A DNA stretch of 45,961 nt, taken from the NCBI GenBank assembly GCA_013115145.1, contig JAAPAO010000260.1, positions 1 to 45,961 on the forward strand. Reading direction: 5' to 3'. The notes under the pieces were generated by a model. The model was given only the letters and a program-made list of their open reading frames with translations, was not told where the DNA came from and ran no database searches. Positions 12,301-24,038 of the stretch are shown piece after piece. Position numbers and translations under genes: made by a program. This stretch comes from Perkinsus chesapeaki ATCC PRA-425 (Eukaryota > Protista > Perkinsozoa). The first letter of the stretch is position 1. Each line of letters starts with the position of its first letter.

Positions 12301-12650
12301 AAATAGGAAGTACTATAGAGAAGTGAAGCCAAATAGGAAGTACTATAGAGAAGTGAAGCAAAATAGGAAGTACTATAGAAAAGTGAAGCAAAATAGGAAG
12401 TACTATAAAGAAGTGAAGCCAAATAGGAAGTACTATAGAGAAATGAAGTATTTTGTTATTGTGCTGTTTTATGACGGCAATTGGCCCTACATATATTACA
12501 CTGTACGCCAACACGGAATGATAAACTAGTAACTGCTGCCCTCCTACATTCCCAATTAGTACCTCCAGTTTTATGCCCAACTTCACCGGCCACTGAAGGT
12601 GGTGGCCTCCTTTGTGGTGGTGGCGACGGCGAATCGCCAGTCGCTGTCAT
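9387..12650 (-). CDS. DHHC: DHHC-type protein S-palmitoyltransferase (Erf2/ZDHHC9-like), multi-exon
   Basis: Exon ~11118-11246 encodes [38 protein letters not shown]. Upstream TM exons give [21 protein letters not shown] and [13 protein letters not shown]. The downstream TTxE-type motif reads AQTTYEQIK...NPY. ATG 12650; inferred stop at 9387. Confidence 0.95.
12291..12448. repeat. 30-bp minisatellite, ~5.3 copies, in DHHC intron 1
   Basis: Unit AAGTGAAGC(A/C)AAATAGGAAGTACTATAGAG at 12291, 12321, 12351, 12381, 12411 and a partial copy at 12441. Confidence 0.95.
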
Positions 12651-12952
12651 TTTACAAGTATTTAACAAATGACTATATAATCGAACAGTAGATACAAGCC
12701 GCTTTACCGGCTGACGGTCAAAGAGAGGCGGCAATCCAATGGACTTCACCTATGAGTCGCTATTGAATGTCTAAGGTATAGTAAGTGGGGATGTTCAATA
12801 GACCTCTTCCGGCTTTAAAGAGCGACTCCTCCTTGTTAAATCCAATTATAGGAGCCCACTTCGATTTCAGGAGAGGTCGATCGACCGCACTGAGTGATAC
12901 GAAGGTTCTACAGGTTTTTTGAACACCGAAAAAATGAAATACTTCGACGCAC

Positions 12953-13015
12953 GTTGTTTCGTAGACCCACGATATGGAATCGGGCACAGGTTCGACACCC
13001 GGTAGCAACATTTTT
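12953..13015 (+). pseudogene. Degenerate tRNA-like relic (Val-like ends) between the divergent DHHC and CARNMT1 starts
   Basis: GGTTCGACACC B-box at 12989-12999, 3' end TAGCAAC-A at 13010 then TTTTT. 5' GTTGTTT pairs 6/7 with it. Only 58 nt, with no proper D or anticodon arm. Confidence 0.4.
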
Positions 13016-13086
13016 CCAATATTTTTTTCGTTTTCGACCTCCCCGACAAAACAGCACATATAATTGGTGTAGATTGGTTTATTCCA

Positions 13087-16000
13087 ATGGCCCCGGGGCG
13101 ATCAAACAACAAGAAGAAGAACGCTCATAATAAGAGGGGAAAAAATAAACCGACGTAGGGACAAAAAAGATATTTTTGAGGTCGACTTGAGGTCATGTGA
13201 GAAACAAGCATTTTGTCTTCCTTCTTGAATTAATCCCAAATCTTGTAATTTGTTCCATTGTACAACTCAGGCATCACGTTGAGGAGCCTGGCTCACCAGG
13301 AGAGGGCCGGTCGCCGCTCGATCCTGAGGAATATGCCGAAGAAAAGAGACATTTTAACGAAGTCGTATGGAGCTTCGAAACGTAATAAAAAAGATGCATT
13401 TTATATAGCGCTGTTGAAGGGCAGATATGGTGATGATTTTGAGATGGAACTCAACGCTTTGGAGACGAGTCTCATGTCATTAAATGATGAGGAACTTGAG
13501 CTGTAGGCAGGAGAGCTCCATCGACCTCAAAGATACGCTTGCTAGGTGGGGCGGTAACCCTGAACAGTACATGAAGGACATTCGGGAGAGGATGGCCGTG
13601 AATCAACGCGTAGGATCGGTTCATGATCTAATAGACACTCTCCTTTACAGGTATGTCATTTACTGTCTGAAGTGTCCACTCAAATGTTCGGTGATACCAC
13701 GCCTCGGGCGGCAGCTAGAGCGATTAAGCCTCCTAAAGGTGATAGTAGGGACGGGGGGTGGGGAGGAGGATCTTAGGGGTTAGTGAAATACAGGGGAGTC
13801 ATGGAAGAGACCTTACAGGACTAATTATACTCTAGAACCTCCATTGTCATCCGCGGATCGTGGAAGGATGTCGGCTACCTGGAAGTATTTACTGTAGTTT
13901 GCAGCAGTTTGTGGAGATTCTTATTAATGGCGAGGTTTAGATCTTCCTATTTAGTGTTATTACTGCACAGCTTATGTTATCCAAGCTTAGAATCAGTAGC
14001 GGCTTTCTGAGGGCGAATCTTCGGACATAAATTTGTCTAGATCAACCATGGGCTTGAGGGGCATCCAGATACTCGTTCGATATTCCAAAAGGGTTCTGAA
14101 GAGGGTGTTAGGGAACAGAGGGGCAAGGTGTTATTTCTATGCTCGTACAGGTTATCAATCGCAACCTCGGAACATATCTAAAGTTAGATCGACCCTCCGG
14201 CAATTTGTGAGGGAATGGTCAGTGGAGGGAGAAAAGGAGAGAAGTCAATGTTTTAACCCTGTTATTGATGCTCTCAAACGGTGGGCTCTATACAAGCTTA
14301 TGAGTATCGTACTCGCTCCAACCTAAGATACGTCCCAGCTGGTGGGAGAGTAATTGTTCCTGGATGTGGAATGGGCAGGAGCGTGCTTGAAGTTTGCGCG
14401 GCGGGCTATGAGGCCATTGGAAATGAATTCTCGTAAGCGACCTTGAAAAGTATCTTCTTGGATCGACCTCAGATACCATATGTTGATCGCATCAAGTTTA
14501 ATGTTAAATGTTGGTCTCGATAAGTTTAGTATGCTAGTGTATCCATATCTCATGAGTCTGGGAGGTCGAAGGGGGAAAGATGACCATTTACGGGGAATAC
14601 AGGTAGTATTAGTGGAGTGCCATAATTTAGCTAAAAATTTATTGAGTTCGAAAATTAATGTCCTAAAAAGCGCCATGGTAAGGACAAGGCTGGTTTTAGT
14701 AGAGACTTCTGGTACTATTATTATAACTGATAATGGTTGTGCCGTGTTATAATATTCGTGGGCATAATGGAGCTTTTATCGATGGAAGCTGAACTGGTGT
14801 GTTTTACTGGTATTTAAAAGTCCTCGAGAAATAAAGTATGGGTTAAGTTCTTCGTTAGCATTATGGATATCTCGAGTAAAAAAATCTTAGCTTGAAGTGG
14901 AGATGATACATAGAAGCTCGGATACTCGTTCTCATCTTTACTCCAAGGTACCCGATGTCTCAGCTTATGAGATGGCCTGTAACACGACAGGGTCCATGGG
15001 AATGACAGCTGGGGAGTTTGTAGAGGTAGTATGGTGGAAACTGCATGATGACTATAGTGCCCTTCGAACCTATTGCTTATGTAGAGAAGCCTAGAGAACG
15101 TATCTGGGCTTATTTGCGGCTTTATGAACAATAACTTATTTTGCAAAAAGTTTATTATGAGTAGTATTATTATTGTAATATATTATCTGTCGGCTCCTTA
15201 TGAATTAATAAGTACTAATTCATTGGTTTAAATTTAAGTGTTAGTTCACCAGTGCCCCATAAAAGTATCCAAGGTTGTTCCGTCGAAAATGAAGTCCGTG
15301 GAATATTTTAACAATAATTCCATGCCAGGAGAGTTCCTATACAAAATTATAGGTTGATCTGAGCCGTAGTTAACAGGTTGAGCCATACGCATGAATTTGG
15401 GTCTTTAGATTCCGCGTACTGTATAAAGTTATTACTTTATATTTATAAGTGTAAATTTTTTAATTCGGAGAATTATATATATGATTAATAATATAATAGT
15501 TTCTTTTTGAAGATACTTCGGTAACCCTCTATGGCTCACTCGACAGTAGCTATGCCGTGTGGACTTGCCAACTGTACGTTCTTTCAGACCTTTTGTGGAC
15601 ATGAACACCTTAATGCATGGGATGCAGTAGCGTCCATCTTTTTTATCGATACTGCTAAGAACGTTGTCCAGTAAGGTCCGAGGTTCCTACATGCTCGACA
15701 TGTGGGGCGTCAGGTACATTCGAATACTCGCCCATTGCATTAAACCAGGAGGGGTATTCATTAATATAGGACCGCTACTTTGGCACTTTGCTGAGAGCAA
15801 AAATGATATAAGTATTGAACTGAGTTGGGAGGATGTAATGATTGGGCGAGGAGGGGGTAGCATCGTCGTTAATTTCGGATAACGTTAGAGTAGCTCGGAG
15901 AATTGATGCGGAGTAGTGATACAGGAGTCGCTACTGAGTAAGCGCCGCACCTAGGTTGGACATGGGAAGTGATCCGTGTATCGCTGGGAAATAGGTTATA

Positions 16001-16601
16001 ACTGAATTACGTTGAATCTATCGCAACCCGGTTCAAATTCACACCGTGGTCTTCGCGAGGTGTATTAGGTAGCTATTAACTAGGTGTATGATGCTCGAAA
16101 ACCATAACTGGATTCTATGCTATGGTGGCCTATGAACTGGTCAGTAGTTCCGCCTGCCAACCCACACACCCGGGTTCGAACCCGGCAGGCAGCATCTCAG
16201 ACTGGCATGAGGCATTTGTGGACACCGCTAGGAAGCTTGATATATTCTATATCTTGGCGCACAAGCGGAATAGTGTTGGATCGTGCTGTGAATATTAATC
16301 GCGGGTTCGATTCTAGGTGCGGCAACTTTTGGAGGTTTATTTCGATATAGTTGAGGAGAAAAGATTAGATGCCAACTATGCGAGCAACCTGGACAGTTTG
16401 TCTGAGGTAGGTGAATTTCTCGCGCGCCGCGAAATTAGTCCTTACCATCAGAGCCTGTTTCATTGCATCTTCTACGTGGCCCGGCGGAATAATCGTCCTG
16501 TTGAGGGCGAATCAAACTCGGTATACATATTTGACGAGCTCGAGGAGCGGCAGCGTCGACAAGAAGCTGGAGGGGGGAGCGGAGCTGCGTCTCACAATTG
16601 A
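13087..16601 (+). CDS. CARNMT1: Carnosine N-methyltransferase / N2227-like SAM methyltransferase, multi-exon
   Basis: KVRSTLRQFVREWSVEG, RVIVPGCGMGR (SAM motif I), GNEFS-YHMLIASSLMLN, MTAGEFVEV, WDAVASIFFIDTAKNV, KPGGVFINIGPLLWHF, IELSWEDVRQLL and SLFHCIFYVARR, all in family order. Confidence 0.93.
16119..16194 (+). pseudogene. Degenerate full-length tRNA-Gly(GCC)-like sequence in a CARNMT1 intron
   Basis: 76 nt GCTATGGTGGCCTATGAACTGG...CGCCTGCCA...CCCGGGTTCGAACCCGGCAGGCAGCA. Has an A-box-like segment, a GCC anticodon in CCTGCCA and a B-box. Acceptor and anticodon stems do not pair well. Confidence 0.55.
16421..16436 (-). other. Intronic AATTTCG(C)GGCGCGCG motif copy
   Basis: CGCGCGCCGCGAAATT inside the 45-nt intron 16407-16451; one mismatch to the copies at 21554 and 22573. 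Confidence 0.7.
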
Positions 16602-16881
16602 TGCTGTGTTCTACAATTACTCGGTTTCCATCGTATTAGGGTTCTTGTGTGCTTTGGGGGAAATGGTTATTAGCTGGCTCAATGGTGGGTGAAGCTTCGG
16701 GAGGAATCGTCAGCAGAAATTGACGGTTAACTTCAAATTTATAAGTTTATATGATTTGGGTTTATTCGGACATTCGCCAAGAAGCTTCGGTTATAACATT
16801 CGGTCATACCTAAACTTACGGTTTTTCTATCAGTTTTGTCTGTGACGCTTGAAGGTAGTTGATTTTGCTTGAAACAACAAC

Positions 16882-19549
16882 ATGTTGTATAAGTGGTCCT
16901 TGTTATTGAGCATAAGTTGTGTGGTGGTATCTAGTGCGGACAGTGTACTTAGCAGCTATCCTGTACAGCACTGTGTTGATGGGGATAAATGTGTTAACCG
17001 TGGAGTTATTAAAGTAGATGAAGGAAAGGTAATAAAGGGCTTAGGATGTGAATAGTTCTTCACTAGACCCGCTGTTGTCCATTCTGAGCCTGTGTTGGGG
17101 AGGTTAGACTTCGGTGAAATTTTGCACAATTCTTGAGGGTTTCGTTTGAATTGTTTCGCAAGAGGTGCGAGGGGACGTCAAAACAAAGGGGAAAGTCCTG
17201 GGTTATATTTGGTAGCGATCGAGCTCTATGATGAAAAATAAATCGGGAGGCGAAGCTGAGTTGTATGGAGTAGTACCTGACTTGTCGCGGCGATGAGGAA
17301 ACTCCAGGCGTGCCCGGAGCGAGGATTGATGGGCAACTTGGAGGGGGGGCAACTTTGCATTGGACAGTTGGCTGGAGAAAGCGTGTCTGCGTAGGTTGGA
17401 ATTTATATAACGTATTTGAATGTGCCAGGTGTCCTTACAACAGAACTCTGAGTACTTAAGGAAGTATGGCCCACTTCTGAGGGACAAGGTGCTAAATAAG
17501 GAAAATCTCGGTAGGAGGTTAGCGGAGCGAAGCGAAGATATTATTATATTTTGAAGGTGATGATTCTCTAGTGGAGCTTAGAGTGTTCTATGATGAGGGG
17601 AAGTATGTCCAGAGCAGTATTCCTGTGAAGGTAGTAAGGGATGGAGGACCTGGTTTATTATAGCTTTGATCGACGGTACTAGTATTATATGGAATAGGCA
17701 TCGAGTCACGGTTTGAATGTGCTATTGGCAACGGAACCCGATCCCAGAGAGGTGTGGGTGCTGGTAAATAGCTTGGCAAGCACGGCCATGTCATTCACAG
17801 TGTAAAAGTTTAAAGCACAGTATTACAGTTTACATCTGGTGTATACATGTTGTGGATACATGTTTACCAGTAGATATTTCACACTGTAGTGTCTTAAGGA
17901 TTCTCACTTTGATGGATGACCGATAATCTTTCCATGATTTTGAAGCTTGTATGATTTTATGGCGCTGTTATTAGGTGTTCCGTGAGACCTTGCAGACCCC
18001 AACGATAGGAGCTAGCAGTACTAGTTTAGCGGCTAAATCGGCCAGTCTTACTGAACATATTACACTACACTTGGATGACGAGGGACGGTTGGAGTCTGTT
18101 GGTTATCGAGTTAGGAAGACAGTAAGTGGGGGGATGGTCTGACCATGTGAGCTGCGACTTTAACGTGTAGGAGGATAAAATTGGAATCTAAGATGTCTCG
18201 GGCATGTTTTGTATGATTGTTCTGAAGGCTTGTACTCGGTTTAAAGTGGCTGATATAGTAAGCGACATGAGGTATCGATTCAATACCTGTCAACAATGTT
18301 GAAATTTGGTACTTGAGGAAATGATGCGAAATTTCACGAAGTTTTCCGGCATTGTTCTCGCTCTTCACCATCCGGTACACGTGACGTATTTTTGGACATG
18401 CAATCGGGACTGTTGGTGGGATTGAATCATGCATCAACTTGAGGCACGAAGCTGTCGGAACTTGTCACTTTCCGGAGCATTGATACGCTGTATTGAGAAA
18501 GCGTTGCTGTCGAGGATGTTTTCTATTTTCAGCTCGGTGCCCCATTGTTCCAAGTTAGTACTGCTACGTTACACTCTATGACTGTTACTAAAGGGCCAGC
18601 CATCCCAGTCCCTAAGAAGAGAGTACCTAAGGCTGCTGCTCAGTCAGGTAGCTACATTGCTCTACTATTATTTTCTGAATCCCCGTAGTTGGCTCTATCG
18701 GATAGTGTGATTAGTTTTTTGTAAGGATCTTTCTCATCTCAGCAGCCTCATCGGAACCTAGCCATGCGCACTGTTAATAGGGTCTCCCAGTTGCTATACA
18801 GTACCATATAACACGTTAAACTCCTTGGCGTTTGGAGTTCATTAGGTAATTTACTAATTGTAAATTAGTCTTTGTGGGATAATATTAGCAATTTCACGAA
18901 TAAGAACATGAACTTGTGGTGCATGGTGGAGCAATAACTGTGTGCATTCGTGTGTTCGACGAAGATACTTTTATAAGCATCAGACTGCTCTAAATTCCGA
19001 GTTGGGGTTTTGTTGCACCAGTGTCCCGGTCTATCCCCAACTGACATGGTAGGAACTTTTCGCCGAGCCAATTCTCTGTAGATATCTACTACTCACGGTT
19101 GGTTGGTTTTTTCAGTGTCAAACGTTCTTATGAGAATTGCTCAAAATGTATACTTGGTCCAAGTTAGACTCGCCTTCAAAGTTCATTGATGTGCTGGTCA
19201 GGTGCCAATCGATCCGGTAGCAACGAAAGTGAGCAAGCGGCAGCCAGCCAGGCCACACAGCTTGAGGAAGGCGAATATGAGGTTGAAGAGAAGCCTGAGA
19301 CTGAGCAAGGCTTCCTAAGAAAATACGTAGGAGCTCAATGTAGCTTTTATAAGGTGGATGATGCCGGTGGTTGTTTTCTCAGTGGTGGGTACTCCTTATA
19401 TTCTTCCTGTTATCATCGGCAATGGGCCAGGAAGAGGGTAAGGATTTTATGGCAGAATTGCGCAGTGGAGATCTACTGTGTTATCAGATCCTAAGCAGGC
19501 GGCTGCTGGAGCTGGCGGGGCTGCCAAGGGTGGCAATGGTGGGAAGTAA
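16882..19549 (+). CDS. EMC10: ER membrane protein complex subunit 10-like, multi-exon
   Basis: Signal peptide MLYKWSLLLSISCVVVSSA, then H...NRGVI, LTEHITLHLDDEGRLESVGY, TVTKGPAIP and the C-terminal EQGFLRKYWWVLLIFFLLSSAMG with a Gly/Ala tail. This matches EMC10 architecture (family motif SFFAKYWMYI). Confidence 0.8.
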
Positions 19550-20175
19550 GGTGCCTTATTAGTTGTATTCACTTCCTTCTTCATTAATGCCTCTTTGTTG
19601 AGTTACGGAATGGTGTCTCTATGGGATTGACATTGGCAACTCTCGGTAGGATGTTCAATGCTGTTGTGTGCACGGTATAGTTACTTGAGATATTACAATC
19701 GTACCTAATCGTTATAGTATTCCTAAGGTGTTTGCTCTGCGTTGTATGTTCTATTAGGCAGTGTAACAAACTCACATTTGGAATCACTTCAGGGCATCCT
19801 CTCGAAAATGTGTTCCCCCACAAGCTTATAGCGATTGCCCATTATAGACGTCTTGCTTATTACACTATGTGTTCTACGGGTTGTCGGGCATTTTAGAATA
19901 GAAGGTGTTTCAGATCGCCACGAGTGATTTTGGCCACTCAGTAGGGTGGCGGCGTGCCAAAGAATAAGGAGTAACCTTTCGGGCAGTTCGTAATGTTGAT
20001 ATTAACATGGCTTTTATTGCTCGAAGTGTTTACTGGCCTCTGAATAGGTGAAGTCAGTTTTAACGTTATGAAAGCCACTTGTAGAGGCTTCTCTGGGATA
20101 TATTTCCTTTTTTACTTACATTAATGTTATTGTCATCCTTTAATTGTATGTTTAATCGTTGTAGTTATATCCAGT

Positions 20176-22099
20176 ATGTTTTATATATTGATTTGTACAT
20201 TGGGCACTGTAGCCTTGATAGCATGCTCACTGCTGATGTTAATGCAAGCATTGGCGAATCTAATGAGGGGGGTGTTGCATCTAGAGCCCGGCGATGAAGT
20301 TGACGTAAGTAGTTCGAGCAGTAGAAGCCGTGCTTCATTCGCCCTCATTCGATATCGCAAACTGGTGGCTTATCAACTCCGATTACATCTTGATAGCCCA
20401 ATGAAACGATGCATAGCGTTCGAGCCGCAAGGCCTGTCTATTGGTTCAAGTGGTAACTACCGACAGTCAGCCCGAGATCCAGACGGAGTTAGCCCTTTGC
20501 CCAGATCCAGGTGTTCAATAAATTGGTGACCTATCAGCGCCGAATACGTCCGGATTTGTGATTGAGAGCCCAACAAAATCTCACTTTCATCGGGAGGTAT
20601 ATTCTCTTCACGAGTGCTGCTGTTCAGATAATCCTCACTGGAGCGTCGGGAGGAGTTGGCCACGCCATTCTTGACGAACTACTGTCTAGTCAATGTAGAT
20701 ATGTGGGGAATTTCGTGGCGCAGTGACGGTTGTCAGGTCGAATCCATCCTCGTAGAATTCATGCATGGGACATTGAAATGCATGATAAGAAGGATGACAC
20801 TGTCGAGTTGATGAGCGCTAATACTAAGATTACATACCGACAAGTTGATATAACAGATGAGAAGGCTGTGAGAGAGGGAGTGGAGGCAGTGGTGAAGTCA
20901 GGTGCAAAGAAGGTAGGCTAATTGCGGAGTTGGCAAAGCATGGTGTGGGTCAGTAGCTTCTTCGTCAGCAGCACTCGAATTGACCGGTATCCTTGTCCTT
21001 GATCGATAGGTCCTCTACCGAGGTCTCAAGGTCCTTGAGAACTTCCACTTTGTTAAGTTACCGGATGATTCCCTGACTTTCCGGGCGGCTCTTTGTCAAT
21101 GTGGTATACGTCATTTCTTTACTTTAATTTTCTTCTCTACAACTTACAGTACCAAAAATTGCTTCCGGGTATTTGTACCGGATCCGTAATACGGATAGGA
21201 AATGCACTGTTAGCCACCCTAGCAGGAAGTCATCGTCATTAATGCGGTCTTTTCCCTCTTCAGACCATTGTCATCTGCAATGCTGGAGTTCTCCATGCTG
21301 GATTAACTGAGGAGATATCTCATACCAACTTTCTCAATACACTTGATGTAGGTATACCCCTCTTAACTGCTGCTCATGCTCACGGTCAGGTCAATGCGGC
21401 ATCTCATCAGCTTTTGTACTCTTTATTCCTTCAACAGTCCCTCAGCGACTCCAACCCCTTCGAGCTTGTATCATTCGTTTCTATATCTAGCGCCATGGCC
21501 TTCTCAGCGAGCGCGTTCCTCTCTGCGTATTGCGCATCCAAGTAGGGCTGCTCAATTTCGTGGCGCGCGGTAATTGTATTTGATGTCAGGGCCGCATTGG
21601 TGACACTTCACCAATGCATGAGATTGGAGAATCGGCAGCAGAAGCATCCGGTGCGACTTTCCGTAGTGTGTCCATTTTTGGTTAGAGACAGCCCGGTAAG
21701 ACAGAAGACCAGAACCGGAGGACTTTCACCGCTGATGTTGTTGACTTAGATGTTTCAAGGTGCCTTTGCACATCCTACCTTAACAGAGAGATTAGTATTG
21801 TTTTTATGTCCACCTTTGGATTGTAGTTACGTTGCTAAGGCTATTGTGAATGAGGCGATCATCAACGGCAAGGAGGTACCTTGCGGCTTGCTGTCCGAGT
21901 TGCGCGTGCGTGCATAGTGTGGTGACAGGTATTGTGTCTCCCTCGATGGCCATTGGCATTTGCATTACTGATGTCGGCATTGTTGCCCACTGAGGTCTAT
22001 GACTGGGTAACTGCTGTGTCTGGCGGACAAGTCGGTATGGTTGGTGTGATGTCGAAGGCGAAAGTCCAGAAAGGAGAAGAGTCGATTAAGGAGGACTAG
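20176..22099 (+). CDS. Short-chain dehydrogenase/reductase with N-terminal membrane anchor, multi-exon
   Basis: IILTGASGGVG (TGxxxGxG), QVDITD, ICNAGV and AYCASK (YxxxK), with a hydrophobic N-terminus MFYILICTLGTVALIACSLLML. Confidence 0.9.
20709..20721 (+). other. Intronic AATTTCGTGGCGC motif copy
   Basis: Exact 13-mer in the 42-nt SDR intron 20695-20736. Confidence 0.7.
21554..21569 (+). other. Intronic AATTTCGTGGCGCGCG motif copy
   Basis: 16-mer in the 48-nt SDR intron 21542-21589, which splits YCASK|AALV. Confidence 0.7.
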
Positions 22100-22492
22100 A
22101 TGTCTCTAATATATTCTTCAAGATAACAGCAACACAACAGAGTCGAGTTTTGCACTGTGACAGACTTACAGTGTCACAAAGTCTCGTGGCGTGCAAGTGC
22201 TCTGCCATGGAAACATAGCGACTGCGCAAGACTGTTTTTTCTGAGTTAGAGAGGACTTTTATTAAAGCAAGGTGTTGCTTTTAGCCGAAATTGTGGTGAA
22301 TTTCCCTTCTATTGTCATCACCTATGTGTTCCTTCATACAGTTAGCACTTTGAAGCCTGATGATCAGGGAAGATTGGAATCAATATCATGACCACGGTCC
22401 TCCGTGACCATCATAACATCCTCATGTGATTCTCCACTCCACTCTACAGCACAGCTGCTACTTAGGGTTTTTTGTGCTCACTTCCCGTCAAT

Positions 22493-24038
22493 ATGTCAGT
22501 TAACCCATCTCTCGAGCTTGTTAGGAAAAACCGTTCCTTCGCGGGTACGTAGTACTAACGAGCCTGGTTTGTCGCGCGCCACGAAATTGTTAGGAACTAC
22601 CTACCGATTCAAGCATCAGTCTGAGTGTCTGGGAGGACTCGATGCGACCTTTTCTATCTTCATACCGGATTCGGCTACACCGAGCCACAAGGTGAGAGCC
22701 GACAAGTGCCGCAGCTGGGAATCGAACCTGCTCAGGTCCCCCTGGTGCACTATCTGTCTGGCCTTACCTGCTCTGATCTTAACGTCACTGAGAAGGCTGG
22801 TAAGACATCAGCTTGTACTTTCCTTTGATACTTGATTCTCTGACCAGGCTACCAGCGTGTAGCATCGGCGCTGGGATTGGCTATTGCCTGCCCTGATACG
22901 TCACCAAGAGGTAGGTCTGTAGGAGTTAGTTGACAGCAGCGTGCTCTTTTCTATACGAAGTTGATTAGTACGTAGTATAGTATAGGTGGTTGTTAAAGAT
23001 GCTGTGGCCTACTGTGTCGAGTAGGTGTTGACTCTTATACCATTCGAAATCCCGCAGTTTCAAAAAAATAGGGGGTGATCCTCAGTCTAATGGATGCCCT
23101 GTTTATGAGGGATAATAAAAGTGTGAACGGATATAGTGTATCATATTATTTCGCCGCCCCAGTCAACAACTATTTATAGCTCGCTTCTTATAGGTGCCGG
23201 CATCCCTGGTGAAGCTGATGAGTGGGACTTTGGCGTCGGTGCTGGTTACTATGTGGACGCCACGCAGGAGCCATGGAGTAAAAACTACAACATGTCAGGA
23301 CTTAGCAGCTTTGTCACGAAATTCACCCCGTTGCACCCTTCACAGGTACACCTACGTCACCGAGGAGTTCCCTCAGCTTTTGAAGGCGAGCTTCGAGCAG
23401 ATCGACGCGGGCAACTGCAGCGTTATGGGCCACAGTGTGGGAGGCCATGGCTCATTGACTGTGGCGTTGAGCAATCCTGGAAAATACAAGGTAGCTTCCG
23501 ACACGAGCATGATGCCAGTTTGTTCTCTTCAGTGCGCCTCTGCCTTCGCTCCGGCATGCAACCTCAGCGAGACACCATGGTGAGGGGGAAGTGTGTGGAT
23601 TCATACGAGTGATGATGTTGGCTTTAGGGGAACTAAGGCGTTTGGTCGCTTCTTTGGCGACAACAAGGGAGAGTGGAAGAAACACGACGCTTGCTGTCTG
23701 GCGGAGAAGTATTCAGGTGAGTAGAGTGGTATAGTCGATGCGCTGTAGGGGATTGGCTGTTGCAGGCCCAAAGCTGGACATTAAGATTGATGTGGGCTCC
23801 GAAGACGATCAGTATTTGAAGGCCCCTGTGGACCAGCTAAGATGCCGTGAATTCAGTCAAGTTGCTGAAGGGAATCCTAACATCACCTTGGACTTCAACG
23901 AGAGGGTGAGCTGCCGACTTCATCCCGTCGGGTGTTAGTTGTTGTTCATCTCAGGCCGGATATGATCACTCTTACTTCTTTGTGTCAACCTTTATTGAAG
24001 ACCAGTTGAGATTTCATGCTGAGCATCTCCTTAAGTAG
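22493..24038 (+). CDS. ESD: S-formylglutathione hydrolase / esterase D, multi-exon
   Basis: [50 protein letters not shown] (nucleophile Ser), [13 protein letters not shown] (Asp) and [21 protein letters not shown] (His). Confidence 0.97.
22573..22588 (-). other. Intronic AATTTCGTGGCGCGCG motif copy (reverse)
   Basis: CGCGCGCCACGAAATT in the 49-nt ESD intron 22545-22593. Confidence 0.7.
22707..22733 (-). pseudogene. tRNA 3'-end relic, antisense, inside the 44-nt ESD intron 22692-22735
   Basis: Reverse strand reads GAGCAGG-TTCGATT-CCCAG-CTGCGGC-A: a B-box followed by canonical 5+7+1 spacing ending in GGCA. Confidence 0.55.

Noticed and set aside
11966-12586. 206-aa ORF with LHFSIVLPI(W/L) repeats
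   Set aside because: It is a read-through of DHHC intron 1 (30-bp minisatellite) into exon 2; the spliced DHHC model explains the real coding parts.
23425-23448. ESD nucleophile motif GHSVGG instead of the usual GHSMGG
   Set aside because: A conservative change with the Ser-Asp-His triad intact.
20176-24038. SDR next to ESD as a formaldehyde-detoxification cluster
   Set aside because: The pathway partner of S-formylglutathione hydrolase is a zinc-dependent class III ADH (MDR family), not an SDR; adjacency alone is not evidence.
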